From the NCBI GenBank assembly GCA_013239625.1, contig MU054323.1, positions 15,752,029-15,816,028 on the forward strand: a DNA stretch of 64,000 nt. The letters run 5' to 3'. How positions within the stretch are numbered: position 1 is the first letter of the stretch; the number at the start of each line of letters is the position of its first letter. The translations under genes were made by a program, and so were the position numbers. Source of the stretch: Lama guanicoe (lineage: Eukaryota). The notes beneath the pieces were generated by a model that had not been told where the DNA came from, made no database searches, and was given only the letters and a program-made list of their open reading frames with translations. Shown here in pieces: positions 49,590-62,510 of the stretch.

Positions 49590-50520
49590 TACAGTAGAAG
49601 ATATATTAATGGTCAAAGAGCACACCAAAGAAGTGCTCAAAATAATTAGCCACCAAAGAAATAAAAATTAAAATCACAATGAAATACTGCTATATGCTCA
49701 CCAAAATGGCTAAAATTAAATACACTCTCAATACTAAATGTCTGTAATCAAGGATGTGGAGCTACTGGAATTCTTGTATGCTGCTGTCATTGGTGTAACA
49801 TGGCACAACCACTTTGGAAAAAAGTCTGGCGATTTCACATAAAATTAAACATGTAAGTCTACTTCTAAAGTCCAGTAATTTTAGTTTTAGGTATTTATCC
49901 ACCTGTGATAAAAAACATATGAATTTTCCAGTTGGGGGGGTATTGCTCAGTGGTAGAGTGCATACCTAGCATGCACAAGGTCCTGGGTTCAATCCCTGGT
50001 ACCTCCTAAAAGTAATAAATAAATAAATAAACCTAATTACGAAGAAAAGAAAGAATTTTCATAGCAGCTTTGTTTATAACAGTAAAAACTGGAAACAACC
50101 CAAACATCCATCAAGAGATAAATGATAAACACACTGGTTTAAAGAAATACTATTAAACAATAAAAAAGTCAATTATTAATACTTATTACAACATAGATGA
50201 GTCACAAGAACATTACAGTGAGAGTAAAACGTCAGATACAAAAGGAGTACACATTGTATGATTTCATTCATATGATGTTTTAGAACAGACAAAACGATCT
50301 GCAATAAAAGAAATCCCAACAGTGGGTATCTCTGGTTAGGAATGGGGAGTTGAGACTGACTGGAGAGATGAGAACACAAAGAAACTCTGGGGAGGCGATG
50401 GAAATGTTCCATAACTTGATAGGTACAAGAGTTACACATTTGTCAAACTTATTAAAATGTATCCATAATACCTGTTTTTTACTGTATATAAATTATATCT
50501 CAGTTTTTACTAATTCCAAA
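49590..50520 (+). mobile_element. Old L1M ORF2 end and 3' UTR fragment hosting a SINE
   Basis: aaggatgtggagctactggaattc...acaaccactttggaaaaaagtctggc...aactggaaacaacccaaacatccatcaa...ggaaatgttccataacttgat. Confidence 0.75.
49931..50052 (+). mobile_element. tRNA-Ala-derived SINE (Vic-1-like)
   Basis: gggggggtattgctcagtggtagagtgcatacctagcatgcacaaggtcctgggttcaatccctggtacctcc plus (aaat)n-acctaattac tail; TSD-like gaattttc (49921-49928 / 50053-50060). Confidence 0.87.
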
Positions 50521-50724
50521 AAAAGTGTGCTATCTCACCACATGGTATGATTTTTTAAATTATACACATTAAATTGGAAATTCAAAGAAATACATTTTCA
50601 TTGCTTAAAAAAAACCCTTCAAATTAAATTTAAACGGAGTTTATAGAGTCATTTGTTTGTTTCTTTTTAGAGTAAGACATTTGATAAAAGACTCAGTAAA
50701 ATAATGAAAAAAAAAAGTATGTAC

Positions 50725-50892
50725 CTTGATTATCATTAAACACACTCAGGGCTGGAGCCACCTCAGTTGTATTCCACACACGGAGAGTGCCATCTGCTGA
50801 ACAGGACAACAAACGCTGGTGTGCTGCACTGTAAGCCAAGCCCCAGACTGCATCGGTGTGGCCCAGGAGAGGGCCTCTTAAAACAGAAGGAT
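50725..50892 (-). CDS. STRN: Striatin WD40 exon
   Basis: ttgtacag|AT ... CAAG|gtacat; encodes (D)PSVLRGPLLGHTDAVWGLAYSAAHQRLLSCSADGTLRVWNTTEVAPALSVFNDNQ; 168 nt. Confidence 0.96.
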
Positions 50893-51629
50893 CTGTACAA
50901 AACAGCAAGAATGCAGGAGAAAAAAACACAAGTCATAAAGGTATGTAGACTCCAGAGAAAGTAAAATATACAAACAAAATACCTGGCAACAGTATAAAAC
51001 ATGCTTCCTACTTTCTATTATTCTTCTGAAATGCTGAAAAAACAAGCTTGGAAACATGCAAATTTAGGGTTTAAAATGTATAAATTAAAATTTAGAAGTT
51101 TATTATTTTTCTCCTTAAAAACCTTAGGTATTTCCCTCTCCCTTTTTTCCTTCTATTTAGATTTCTTTAAAACCATGTTAACACAAATCATTTGCATTTA
51201 ACCTACTTCCAGAGAAAGCACAACTCATATTCCCTGAGGAAGTGAATGGAGACTCCTTCTCCCCTCTGACTGCCTTCAGCACTTTGGATACACTCCTTTG
51301 GGCCACTTGGGCTATAAACGACAGTTATTCATGGGAGCAACAGGCCTCTGACCTTCATAATGGACCTGAACTAAGATCTTCAAGAATTCCCAAATTCTCA
51401 AACAGTAAGAACTCACAAATGAATAATGTGTGGGAGGAGCAAGGAGGTGGCAGTAGGGGGCAGGATGGATCACTTAGCATTGTTTTACCACAAAAGCCAA
51501 ACTGGAAACTTTAATTATTAACCCATGACTCTATGAAGTGGTACTTTCAAGATGGTTCACAGACATTAAGTTTAAAATGTCAGTGGCATTCTCTGTCCTG
51601 TATCCTCTCTTGGTCATATCACAGAATAT

Positions 51630-53100
51630 TAATTGAAGACACACTGTGTATTAGGCACTATGCTAGATATAGGGGCGATGCAGATGATTAAGACACAATA
51701 CTATCCTTGTCCTCAAAAGACAATGTGGTCAGTACAATAAAGCTTCTTGGACAGAATGACACCTAGAGTGCACAGATGTTGGCTAGTTAAAAAACAGAGG
51801 GAAGGCATTCCTGACAAAGAAGGCAGCTCCTATAAAACCACAGAAGGAAAAATAGCATGCTAAGAAATTCAGCCTGAAGTTTGAGGCAGGAGGTGGATGA
51901 GAGCGGCTAGTTTATGGTGGGACTTCTATGACACATAAAGGTACTTAGAAATTATCCTAAAAGCAAGAGGGAACCAGCAGCAGGGTGAAGTATTTAATAA
52001 GGTAACTTTAACTGCAGTGTAGAAGACACACTGGAAAGAATGAAGATGAAGGCCAGGGGACAGTTTCAGTAGACCGGGAGGGAGAAGATGAAGACCCAAG
52101 GAAGGACAGTGGTAACACAGTCAAAGTAGGAGTAAACTGAAGAAACATTTAGGGGGTGATATCAAAAAGACTAGGTAATTAATAAGGTATAGATGGTAAA
52201 ACAGGGTCAAGGAATCAAGGATAACTCATAGGTTTCTAGTTTGAGTAATACTGGCAGTGCCACCAACCAGTAAAGAATATATGGGAGAAGAAACAGTGCT
52301 TGTAGGGCTTTATGGACAATGAGACAGCCCCTAGGAAATGTTCTGCAGGTAGTCTGAGGCTTAAAGAATTCATGAGTCAATAGCACATAAAACCACAAAG
52401 TGGATTCAATCTACCAAAGAATAGGTGTACAATGCAAAAAAATGACTTAGGGTCTAGGCACTAATAAATGCCAATATTTAAGGTGAGAAAAATAAAAGGA
52501 GTTTTTGAAGGTTAGGGAACAAAAACTGTCATAGAGTTAAGTGTCAAAAAAGCCCATAGTGAACAAATTTCAAAAAAGAGTGGCCCACTGTTTCAGATAG
52601 CCAATATACCTAATAAAATAAGGACTGTAAAATACCCCTTGGATCAGCCAACTAGGTAGTTACTGATACAGCTAGAAGACAAAATGCATACGGATGATGC
52701 ACAGGGAAAGGACGGAATTAGTAACTAGTAATTGTGTTTTATAGACAAAATCACCAAAGAGACACTGATAATGAAGGGAAGAGAAACTAAACAAAAGCCA
52801 GAGAGGGGAAATGAAGTTAAGAAAAGGCTTCTTCTTGCCCAGGATGGGAAACATCTGAATTTATTTATATGCTAAGAGGATGGAAAGAGAGCAAAGAGGG
52901 TGAGGTTTCAGATGAAAACAAGAGAGAGCAGAAGAGAGAGAAAGTCAGAGACAGAGAGGTAGAACGATACTAGAGTGTAGTCTCAAAGGAAACAAGAGAA
53001 TGAGGTCAACGGCAAAAGGGGAAGGGTTGGCTTAGGACAGAATGAGGACAACTGATCCTGATAGAGGGACAGAGGAAGTAAGAAAAAGCACGGAACATAA
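51630..53100 (-). mobile_element. Ancient L2 LINE fragment
   Basis: Purine-rich degenerate L2 (ctgtgtattaggcactatgctagatatagggg; tcaaggaatcaaggataactcataggtttctagtttgag). Confidence 0.55.
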
Positions 53101-53882
53101 ATCTACAAAAGAAGTGGGGAGGGAGTGGGGGGTTACTTTTCACAAATATATGTTAAATGCTTATTAAAAAAATGTTGAGAGAACTTTTCATTTATTGAAT
53201 TTTTTATCTTAGGCTGGTAAAATTAATCTAAAATGGTAACAAAAATAAAATGTGGTTTTATGACAAATAGGATACTTCATACCATTCAAGAATTTTAAGA
53301 GGAAACCCAAATAGTTCTTAAACAGTTTTTGCAAGGGAATTTATAATAATACATAGTGACAGATTATAATACAGATTTTGTTTCATAGTGCTGTTCCCAA
53401 GACTAAAGGGCACTTCTTAATTTTTAAGGCCTTTTAAATATTTTGTTGCCATATACTTTAAAAATCATTAACCTCTACATTCTTCAATAACTGATCAAGA
53501 AGATGATGCCAACATTCATTTTCCTTCAAAGCTGTCTGTAAAGAATGGTGATGAAATATGATTATTGATTAGTAATGGTGTAGCAAATATTGTACAGATT
53601 CCTAAAATAAAGAAAACAATTGTCAATCAAGCCAGCATTTCCAATTAGTAAGACTTTCAGGAAGGGGAACTGTTTTCTCAGGCAAAATACATTACTTTCT
53701 TTTTTCTTTTAGCATTGTATGTATCAAACTGATTCCCAAATACAGGAGTCCTTTCTAACAAAATAAAGTTATGGTTCTCTTTTACCAATTTTTTTTAAAT
53801 CTTATTTTATCCTTATATATGCTATGTAAAATGCATAAAAAGAAAATATCTTGTTCTTTCATATCCTTGGGGAATCACATAC

Positions 53883-54004
53883 CATAAGAGTCATAGGGGT
53901 CGATGTTGGGGTTGGTGGTGTTCCAGCCCTGGATCAGTCCATCAGTACCACCGCTGTAGCACTGCTCACCATTGCTGCTCATCACCACACAAAGCACTGG
54001 GCCT
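53883..54004 (-). CDS. STRN: Striatin WD40 exon
   Basis: tcccag|A ... TATG|gtatgt; encodes GPVLCVVMSSNGEQCYSGGTDGLIQGWNTTNPNIDPYDSY; 122 nt. Confidence 0.96.
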
Positions 54005-54162
54005 CTGGGAGATGAAATCAATTTCTATTTTCAAAAATCAATCTGATACAGGACTTGTTAAAATTAAGAATGCTTAATTATTCAAATGGCTTTCTCTCTT
54101 TCTGCTTTGTACAACAAATAAAAAACTATCATGGCAACATTCATTTTTCTTTCTCTGCTAAA

Positions 54163-54360
54163 CCAGATTAATGAACTATGACCTGTGGGCCAAATCCAGC
54201 CAGTGGACTGTTTCTGTACAGTCCTCAAGCATTTATAGATTTTACATTTTTTAAGGGTTATAAAACAAAACTAAACTAAAAAAAAAAATGCATCCAGCAA
54301 AGCCTAAAAAATATTTACTATCTGATCCTTTTATATATAAAAAACATACCAACTTCCGTG
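54163..54360. mobile_element. MER58A-like hAT-Charlie MITE
   Basis: aactatgacctgtgggccaaatccagcc...agcaaagcctaaaaaatatttactatctgatccttt. Confidence 0.7.
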
Positions 54361-54771
54361 AGTGAACAGGTACATTTCTTAAACTTATATGAAAACAGGA
54401 AAAGCATGCAATATGTGGTCACAAAAATTATAAAAATCTTGGAAATTTTTATCTAGGTTATCTTTAAGGGAAAAAAGATCAGGATTTCTAATAGTTAAAC
54501 TTAACTGTCTCAACTTTAAGAGAGAGACATACATCATTTAAGTATCATGTAAATAAAATCTAATTTCAGCAAGGATCCCTGTTTGGTAGTGATAAACTCA
54601 TCTATAACATTATATTATCTGCCAGTTCCTTTTAGATTTACAAAAACAAAACAGTACTAAATACAAAAAGCACATAGCACAAACACATAAGTGAGAGAAG
54701 ACAAATTTTCTAATCAGACAAGCTGATTTACAATGATACTGATTTAAAACAAATAAAAAGCACATACTTAC

Positions 54772-54819
54772 TTATGAGCCCTGAATGTATAGATAGGCTC
54801 CACATCGAGAGAAGTACTC
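54772..54819 (-). CDS. STRN: Striatin 48-nt exon
   Basis: gatttag|G ... CATAA|gtaagt; encodes STSLDVEPIYTFRAH; phases join both neighbours. Confidence 0.95.
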   Translation of the reverse strand, partial: EYFSRCGAYLYIQGS

Positions 54820-55099
54820 CTAAATCAGAGAGAGAGGAGGATTTTTACCACTCGAAGCTTCAGCACTAAACAATCTGACTGCATGTATGTCATAAAATCA
54901 CCTTCAGCAGTACTGACACTACGGTAATACAGCATTCCCAACTCCAGGACACAAGAAAGCTTCCCTAACACTAACCACATATTTTTTGTGATTTTGAGAA
55001 ATAAAATTCTTATTTAGTAACAATACCTTGTTACAGTGCTTTCAGCATCATCCTAATCTATTTGACTAAAGGGAGAGAGAGCCTCACTCAGGGGAATCA

Positions 55100-55335
55100 A
55101 CATAATGGACTCTGAAGGGATACATTTCTGGATTTAATTTCCAGTTCAGTCACTTAACTGGCCAACTTCAGGCAAATTATTTAATCTTTAGGAACTTCGG
55201 ATTCCTCCATGTTTAAAATAAAACAGAAAAAGTAGGGATACCACCAAATGCTCACAGGATTAAATGAGATTCTACAAGTAAAACAGCCAAGGACAGAACC
55301 AGGCACACAGTAGGATTTCAATAAATGGTACTTTA
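55100..55335 (+). mobile_element. MIR SINE
   Basis: ggactctgaaggg...tcacttaactggccaacttcaggcaaattatttaatc...aggattaaatgagat...ggcacacagtagg. Confidence 0.65.
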
Positions 55336-56708
55336 ATTTCATTGCATTTTCATGAAGGTTAACTTGTTTGTCCTTAATACTTGCAGAAACTGTCCAAATT
55401 ATCAGCTTATTCACTACTCAGAATACTGTGTATGAGCATTCTACAGTGCCTAATACTGGCCATGACTGATCATGGAAACTGGATTTAAAGTCAAGTACTC
55501 ACCATTTTCTACACTATACTGTAGTTTTTTAAATAAGCATAGGTTTTTAATTTTAAGTTCAAAGGTAAACAGGCTAGTGTTACTTATGTGTGAAGGTATT
55601 GTTACTAAGCTATTACCAGCAAAAAATTATTTCAATATTTTTCTAAATTTTAGTCAAGAATATATGAGACATTCACATTCTCTGGTCTAATGTGATGCCC
55701 ATTATGACTAAAGAACTTGAAAGACAAAAGGTACAATTTATAACCAGGAAATAATTTTTCTCTGCTGAAGACACCTGGTCTATATGAGGATTCACTTGGT
55801 TTTAGCAAGATCTGGTTGAGCTATCTGATTAATCAAGTATTTTATCTAATCTGTGTATGACTCAGTAGGAGGGTCACCTCTTTAAAGGGTCATCTCTTTA
55901 AAACTGGGCAACAGATATAATCCACCAGCAGCAAAACTTCCATAATCTCCTCCATCCTATGTTCATTTCTACTCTTTAATAACAGGGGTATCTGACACTG
56001 TAGAAGGGCCATGTCTGAGTTCTGGGCCATGAGACCCAGGAAAGAAAGGAGAGGAGTTCCAAAAAAGACCACATCAAGTGGGATCAGGACTAGCTTGGTG
56101 ACTGATAAAAGGTATTTATACTAACTTATGTCTGTCCATGCTTAGACAAGAACCAAGGGGCCAAAGCAGGCACTAGCAGTTAAGTGATAGCAACAATAGT
56201 GCCTTTCAGTCTAGACATTTTGGTCAAGGCCAAAAGATAATATCAAAGAGAGGTCTCTTAACCCACCCCACTTCAGCCTTCCCTCCCTTCCACTCAGTAA
56301 GTCTAAATCTAGTAATCAATGGGGCAGAGTTGGGGTGGGAGTTGGCGGGGGGGGGGTGATGATTTTAAACATGCTTATACCTGTTTACAACAACAGTAGA
56401 AACCTTCAGTACAGATAAAAGGCTCCCCAAATAAGACAGTTATTTAAAACACTGTATAAAGATTGTAATGAGCAGTCATAAACCCTGGGAAATCATCAGA
56501 TAATACTATTTCTCCCTAACAGTCAGTTTTCCAACCTAAATTAGCTTATGAATATAGAGGGGAAAACATTCTAAATTATGTGACATGGTAACAGAAGAAA
56601 GAATTAGAAAAGATACTGAGGGAATTTAATAGCAAATAATAAATTTTTTTTCTGCTGAAAAACTGCCAATTAAAATATTCAAATATAGTTAAAGTAGAAT
56701 ATTCTCAC

Positions 56709-56884
56709 TTTTTGGCTGGGGCTGTTTTCTGCAAATTCCACATTTTTAATGTGTGATCCTCTGATGCTGTTATCAAAACAGGCTCAGTGGGGTGGAAAGC
56801 AAGGGCTCGAATACCATCAAAGTGACTTCTTAATGTAAACTTAGGGTTCCATGTCTTCCTCAACGCATCTTTATTGTTTGCTAT
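56709..56884 (-). CDS. STRN: Striatin exon, first WD40 repeat
   Basis: ttgaatag|ATA ... AAAAA|gtgaga; encodes IANNKDALRKTWNPKFTLRSHFDGIRALAFHPTEPVLITASEDHTLKMWNLQKTAPAK; 176 nt. Confidence 0.97.
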
Positions 56885-57669
56885 CTATTCAAGAAACGAA
56901 AGACACCAATACATTTAGTTCAGAATAGAAAGAAACGATATTTCAACATTCTTACTGATTTGTCATTAAACTACCACATTTTGTAACTTTCAAAACAATG
57001 TAATTTTTAAATGTAAATAACCAAATCAATAGGCAAAATTAGCAAGATGTCAACAATGATTTTCTTTGAAGAAATATGAATGCTATGGTAAGAAAAAAGG
57101 TTAATGATTCAATATATAGAGTATCAAATATAATAATATAAAGCAGATCTTCAGTAGGTAAATTTTTTAAAATATAAGTAATTTCAACCTAAATTACAGA
57201 ATAGAAACTAATTGGAATAAAAGTTGAAAAACTAAGTTACCTTTAAATATTATTAACTGTTAACATTATAGAACATGATCTTACTACTGAAATTTTCAAT
57301 GCTTTCTAATAAGAGCTAAATTTTCTTCAAATTGGTGACAAAGTTTATAAACTGGAAACATAAAATGTTAAAACTGGAAGAGACAGATGCTACCAAAAAA
57401 AAATAGATTCCATAGGTGAAATAAACGCATCATTATGTTGATTTTTCTTAACAGAATCTCCATCTCAACAATGGAAAAAATGCACTATTTTTTCATTTCA
57501 CTTAATAGGAAATCTAAAGAGTTAATGTTTAACTTTACACAAGCACCAAGTATAAAATCTTCACATTCCAAGGCTAACAATCAAGCTAGGTTTAAGCAAG
57601 AGTGGGGAAGTATTGGTAACACACTGGAGATATGTTACTATATTTACAATGACAAAAATCATCAATGGT

Positions 57670-57900
57670 ACAAACAATAGCTTCTATTTTGAGCATTATT
57701 CATTATTTTGTACATTATTCAAAAAACTTAACATGCATTAACTCACTTAATCCTCAGAACAACTCCATGAAGTAGGAATTAACATTATCTCCACTTTACA
57801 GACTGGACATGTAAGGAAAAGAGAATTGACTTGCCCTCTAGTAAATGAAGGAGTTGGGACTCAAAACCAAGCAGTCTGGCTTCAGAGGCTACACTATTAC
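57670..57900 (-). mobile_element. MIR SINE
   Basis: catgcattaactcacttaatcctcagaacaactccatgaagtagg...ccactttacaga...gggactcaaaaccaagcagtctggcttcagag. Confidence 0.7.
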
Positions 57901-58163
57901 AATAAATTATAGTCTAGAAGCCAGAAGTCTAAAAATCTGCAGAAAAAGTTGGATAAGACATGTCATAATTGGGGCAATAACTGAGGACAAAACACTCTAC
58001 ACAAGGAACTACTCCAAGAATTGGGGATAGTTATCTGTGGGATGGGTAGACTTGGGAGGGTGGAGAGGACAAGGACAACAGAATAGACTCCTGCTTGCTC
58101 TTGTTAAAAAGCTGAAAGGTTTTCATATGCAAAAGTACTTAAGATTCCTTCTGAGTATCTTAA

Positions 58164-58692
58164 TGTGGTAGACAGCCACTAAGACAGTTCCTAATCAGCC
58201 CAACCTCCTTGTGTTTTTACTTCCGTGTAGTCCCCTTCCACAGTCCCCCTGGGGGACTGTGGAACGGCTGCTCTGTAAGACCAACAGCATACAGCATTAG
58301 AACAAATTACATCATAAAACCTTTCATTTGAGCACTCCTTTTCTCTCTTTTTTCAAGTACACTCACACTGGGAGAAGCCAGCTGCTCTGCTGAGGAGCCC
58401 ACAGAGAAGTCCATGTGGTGAGGAACTAGTCACAAGCCAATCACCAGTAAGAAACCAAGGCCTTCCAACAACTACACAAGTGAGCTTGGAAGCAGACCTT
58501 CCCTAAGTCAAGCCTTCATGTAAGACTGCAGCTCTTGCCAATATCTTGACTGTAATTACATAAGTGACCAGAAGCACACAGCTAAGCTGTCCCCAGATTG
58601 CTGACCCATGGAAACTATGAAATAGAAATGTTTCTTGTTTTAAACTGTTAAGTTTGGTACAATTTGTTACTCAGCAATAGATTGCTAATACA
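58164..58692 (+). mobile_element. MaLR solo LTR (MLT1F-like)
   Basis: TG...CA termini (tgtggtagacagcc ... gcaatagattgctaataca) with a perfect 5-bp TSD cttaa (58159-58163 / 58693-58697). Confidence 0.88.
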
Positions 58693-58869
58693 CTTAATAA
58701 AACTAGGAACTACTTTTAGAAACAGACAGACTAACACTAAGTTTTCTAACAATTAAGAATTATGAAAAAATAATGAGCTTTCTCTAAAGAAAAGACTGAG
58801 TTCCATTATATATTAGATACATTTCTTTGAGGGGTTAGTATAGAGGGAACAAAAGTATCTAACGGAAAT

Positions 58870-60700
58870 TTCTGCTTCTAGCCATGTTGGACTAGGTCAT
58901 TAGGACCAAATGCACACAGAGGACAAGTGGAAAAGCAGAGCTAAAAATAAAAAATGGAGAACCAACAAAATACTGAAGAAAAACCAGGCCAGGATCCAGT
59001 GGAAGATACTAAGGAGGTAAGCCTGTTATTTGGACTTGTTTTTCCCCAGAGGGTGTTTGTCGATTCCAAAAGAAACAGCTAAGTGATTGATCTGTGCTTT
59101 TGACAACTTTGCAAGACAGGGAGATGTAAATTGGTACCAAGGGCCTGCCATGAAAGTGGGGCAAAGCAATCAAAACCCTTGCTTTAGATTTTTATTTCAA
59201 AGGGCAGTATCCTACACATAAGGGTGAACTGGAGAACATAAGCTCTTACAAAGATTGTAGATCAGCTTTAGATCATCTCAAAAATTGAAAATGGAGTGAG
59301 GTGATCCAGATTTCTAGTGGCTGCAGCGACCTGAGAGAAGCAAATTAAAATATACTACCTAAGGGAAGATATAATCTTGGGGCTAAAGTCACTTCTACAG
59401 ACAATTTTTCAAATATAGTATCTGGACATGGTAAAAAAATAACTGTGCTCATATAATATAACATAAATCAAAACAAGCAGAAACAACATATAATAGTAAC
59501 AGAACTACTGAGTATCCGATTCAAACTTAAAAATAATCATGCTTACTATATTGAAGAAGATAAAAGACAACACTGAAAATTTTGAAAGAAATCTGTAAAC
59601 AATAAAAAAGGAGTAATTCTAGAAGCAAAAAATCTAAGACCTCAATAGATGGTTTTAATTACAGATTACACATAACTAAAGAGAGAATTAGTGAATTGGA
59701 AGATGGGTCATTAAAAAAAATTCAGACTGAAGTACAGGGGAAAAAAAAGATGAAAAATACAGAAGAAAAAGAATAGGAGACAGATTATATAGAAAGAAGA
59801 TCTAATAATATAATTAGAGTTCCAGAAAAGGGGGGGAGGGTAAAAGCAGTATTTGAAGAGAAATGGCTGAGAATTTTACAAAACTGATGGAAACATTAAG
59901 CCAAAAAGGCCTAAGAATTTCAAGAATGTTAAATAAAAAGAAAACTAAACCTTAGTTGACATTCAAGACATAAAGAAATACCAGTCACAGAAAAAAAATC
60001 AGACTACCACTGAATGACCAGAGAGCAATGACAGTTGACTTGAGCAGAAAACAATAACAAAAACATACTGAAATAATATATTTAGAGCATTCAAACATTT
60101 TGCCAACTAGAATTCAGTATCAAAGTATCAAACATTTTGCCAACTAGAATTCAGTATCAAACAGATAACCCACTCAAGCAAAAAAAGACAATTTAAGAAA
60201 ATCAGAAACTATAGTTAATTCTGGCTATCAACATACAAAACAGTATCTTGTAGGAACCAAATGCATACAGAAATAAAATATAAAATAAGAGTGACATATA
60301 TGTAGGGTGGGAGTTTTTTTAAACAGAATAAAAAATGTTCTAAAGGTCTTCACATGTAAAATTTTCATAAGGATATATGTAGTAATCTCTAGGGTAACAA
60401 TTAAAAGAATAATGAAAGCATGTATAAACTTCAAATAACAGGGAGAATGAATAATAAAAAACAATCAATCCCAATTTAGGCAAAAACAGGAGAAAAAACA
60501 AACAGAATAGGTGGCACAAATAGATGGCAGGCTTAAACCCAAATATATCAGTAATTATTTTAAAAAGAAATGGACTAAATGTTCTAATTTAAAAGATTGT
60601 CAAAGGTTATGTGAAAAAAAACAGAAATCAACTAGATGGTGTTTAAAAAGAAATGTAAAATATAAGGATATATAAATATTGAAAACAGAAAAAAAAATTT
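58870..60700 (+). mobile_element. Old L1M 5' region, ORF1 remnants and start of ORF2
   Basis: aagagagaattagtgaattggaagat; taattagagttccagaaaag; aaatggctgagaattttacaaaactgatg; cagtaattattttaaaaagaaatggactaaat. Confidence 0.65.
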
Positions 60701-61668
60701 TTTTAATCTGTATCACATATGTGGAGAATGCAGTGCAAGGAGCCCATTTAGATTAGGTTATTGTAGTAGTTCCAGGTGAAGAAAAAGTGGACTAGGAAGG
60801 GAGGTAAAAAGAAGTACTACATGGATTTCAGTTGGTTTTGGAAGTAGAATCCAAAAGACTTACTAAAGGATTTAGCACAGAGAGAGAGTTTTTGATTTGC
60901 AGGAAGAGGGCTGAATGGTGAGGGTTCATCTCGGGAATACTTCCGTGATTCATTTAGGCATCCGTCCCACATCCCCCACCCCCCAAGTGGCAGGGGCTAC
61001 ATTGTATTCTCCAACAAAGATTATGAAATTTCAAAGTGAGAGAATATTAATGAAGAGATAAGACAGGTTATAAATACTTTATGAAATAAACAACTGTTTC
61101 CTTGATTATGAACAATTATAAATGTATGAATAAAACAACTGTGTCTAGGATTAAGTAAACTCATGTGTGCATAAAAGTATAAATATTTCAGTTTTGGTCC
61201 CAATCACTGATGGGTCAGCTTCACACCTGGAAAGCACCCTATATGCAACACTACTTAACAACAGCTAAAATCACTTTTCAGCAGGATACTGATGATGCAC
61301 TAATGAAGCAAGACAAACGCTGCTATTATGAAGGCATGAATTCCAACTAATCATTGGTGCCCTAAAATATAAGACAAAACCCAAACCTGCTAATAGAAAA
61401 GGGTATTCTTTCCCTTTTCTAAAATCAATGAACAAGCTATGATCCAATGATTTATGTATTTAGGTAAAGCCCATAATTTTAATCTCTGTATGATATGAAA
61501 AGTATTATTGTTTATTTTTATAACATACTTATATTTTCAAAGTTTGTGATTAAAACTTAACCAAATTCTGTGTTTGTGAAGTTTTACCAGTGCCATATTT
61601 TTTCTATAAAATTAACTTTTTATTTTCAAAAAATAAATACAAACAACAAAAATAAAACTACTACTTAC

Positions 61669-61805
61669 ATCATAAGTTAATGAATCTGCTTCATTGGCCA
61701 CTGTGAGGCCTGCTAGTTCTCCAAGTCCCAGTTCACTTTCAAGGGCCTCATCTGCTCCCATGATGAATGACTTCCCAGAAGAAGGAGGAAACGTCAGGGC
61801 TTCCA
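61669..61805 (-). CDS. STRN: Striatin exon upstream of the WD40 domain (most 5' exon in this window)
   Basis: ccccctttag|TG ... GAT|gtaagt; encodes (V)EALTFPPSSGKSFIMGADEALESELGLGELAGLTVANEADSLTYD; 137 nt. Confidence 0.96.
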
Positions 61806-62239
61806 CTAAAGGGGGAAGACAAAAGAAACACTTTTTAAAAACCCTCTAAATAGTCAACAATTAGTCTCATAAGGACATGCCTACATTTAATTATTTTTTA
61901 ATGGCTTTCAACACAATAAAATTCAGTAAGCAGAAAATCCTGAGGAACTGGTTGCTTTTCCAATATCTTAACCATAGCTAAAGGTATCATCTAATTAGAA
62001 ACGTACAACATGAAACAAGTCCAATAGTTCACTATCCTTTGTTTTTCACTATACAGAAAAACGTGACTAAAAAGAAAGTTGGCTTTCCTCATTTCATACT
62101 TCATGCTAATTACCCAAATTATTTCTATCAACTATTAAAACACGTATAACACGTGATTTTGAACAATGCCAGTTGCATTCAAAATAAAATTGGTTAATTC
62201 TATAGACTGGAGGAATATGGAAAATTTCAAATGAAAATG

Positions 62240-62510
62240 GTTTTACAACTGTAAAATGAGCCTATATGAGGCAAAATTAATATGTGGTGTTAGAACTAAG
62301 GGATTACTTCTGGAGAAAAGGGAAGGGGTAGAGTTGGAAGGCAGCACAATCAGGACTTCTAGGCCCTGGATATGTTCTGCTTCGTGACCTAGGCAGTGGT
62401 GACACGGCTGGGTTCGCTTTGAGATATTCACTGAGCTGCACCCTTATGACTTCAGCAGCTTTCTGTAGGTATATGTTATATTTCATTCAAAAATATTTAT
62501 TTCAAATAAA
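62240..62510 (+). mobile_element. Old L1M 3' UTR fragment
   Basis: ggacttctaggccctggatatgttctgcttcgtgacctaggcagtggtgacacgg...attcactgagctgcaccc...tatatgttatatttca. Confidence 0.6.
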
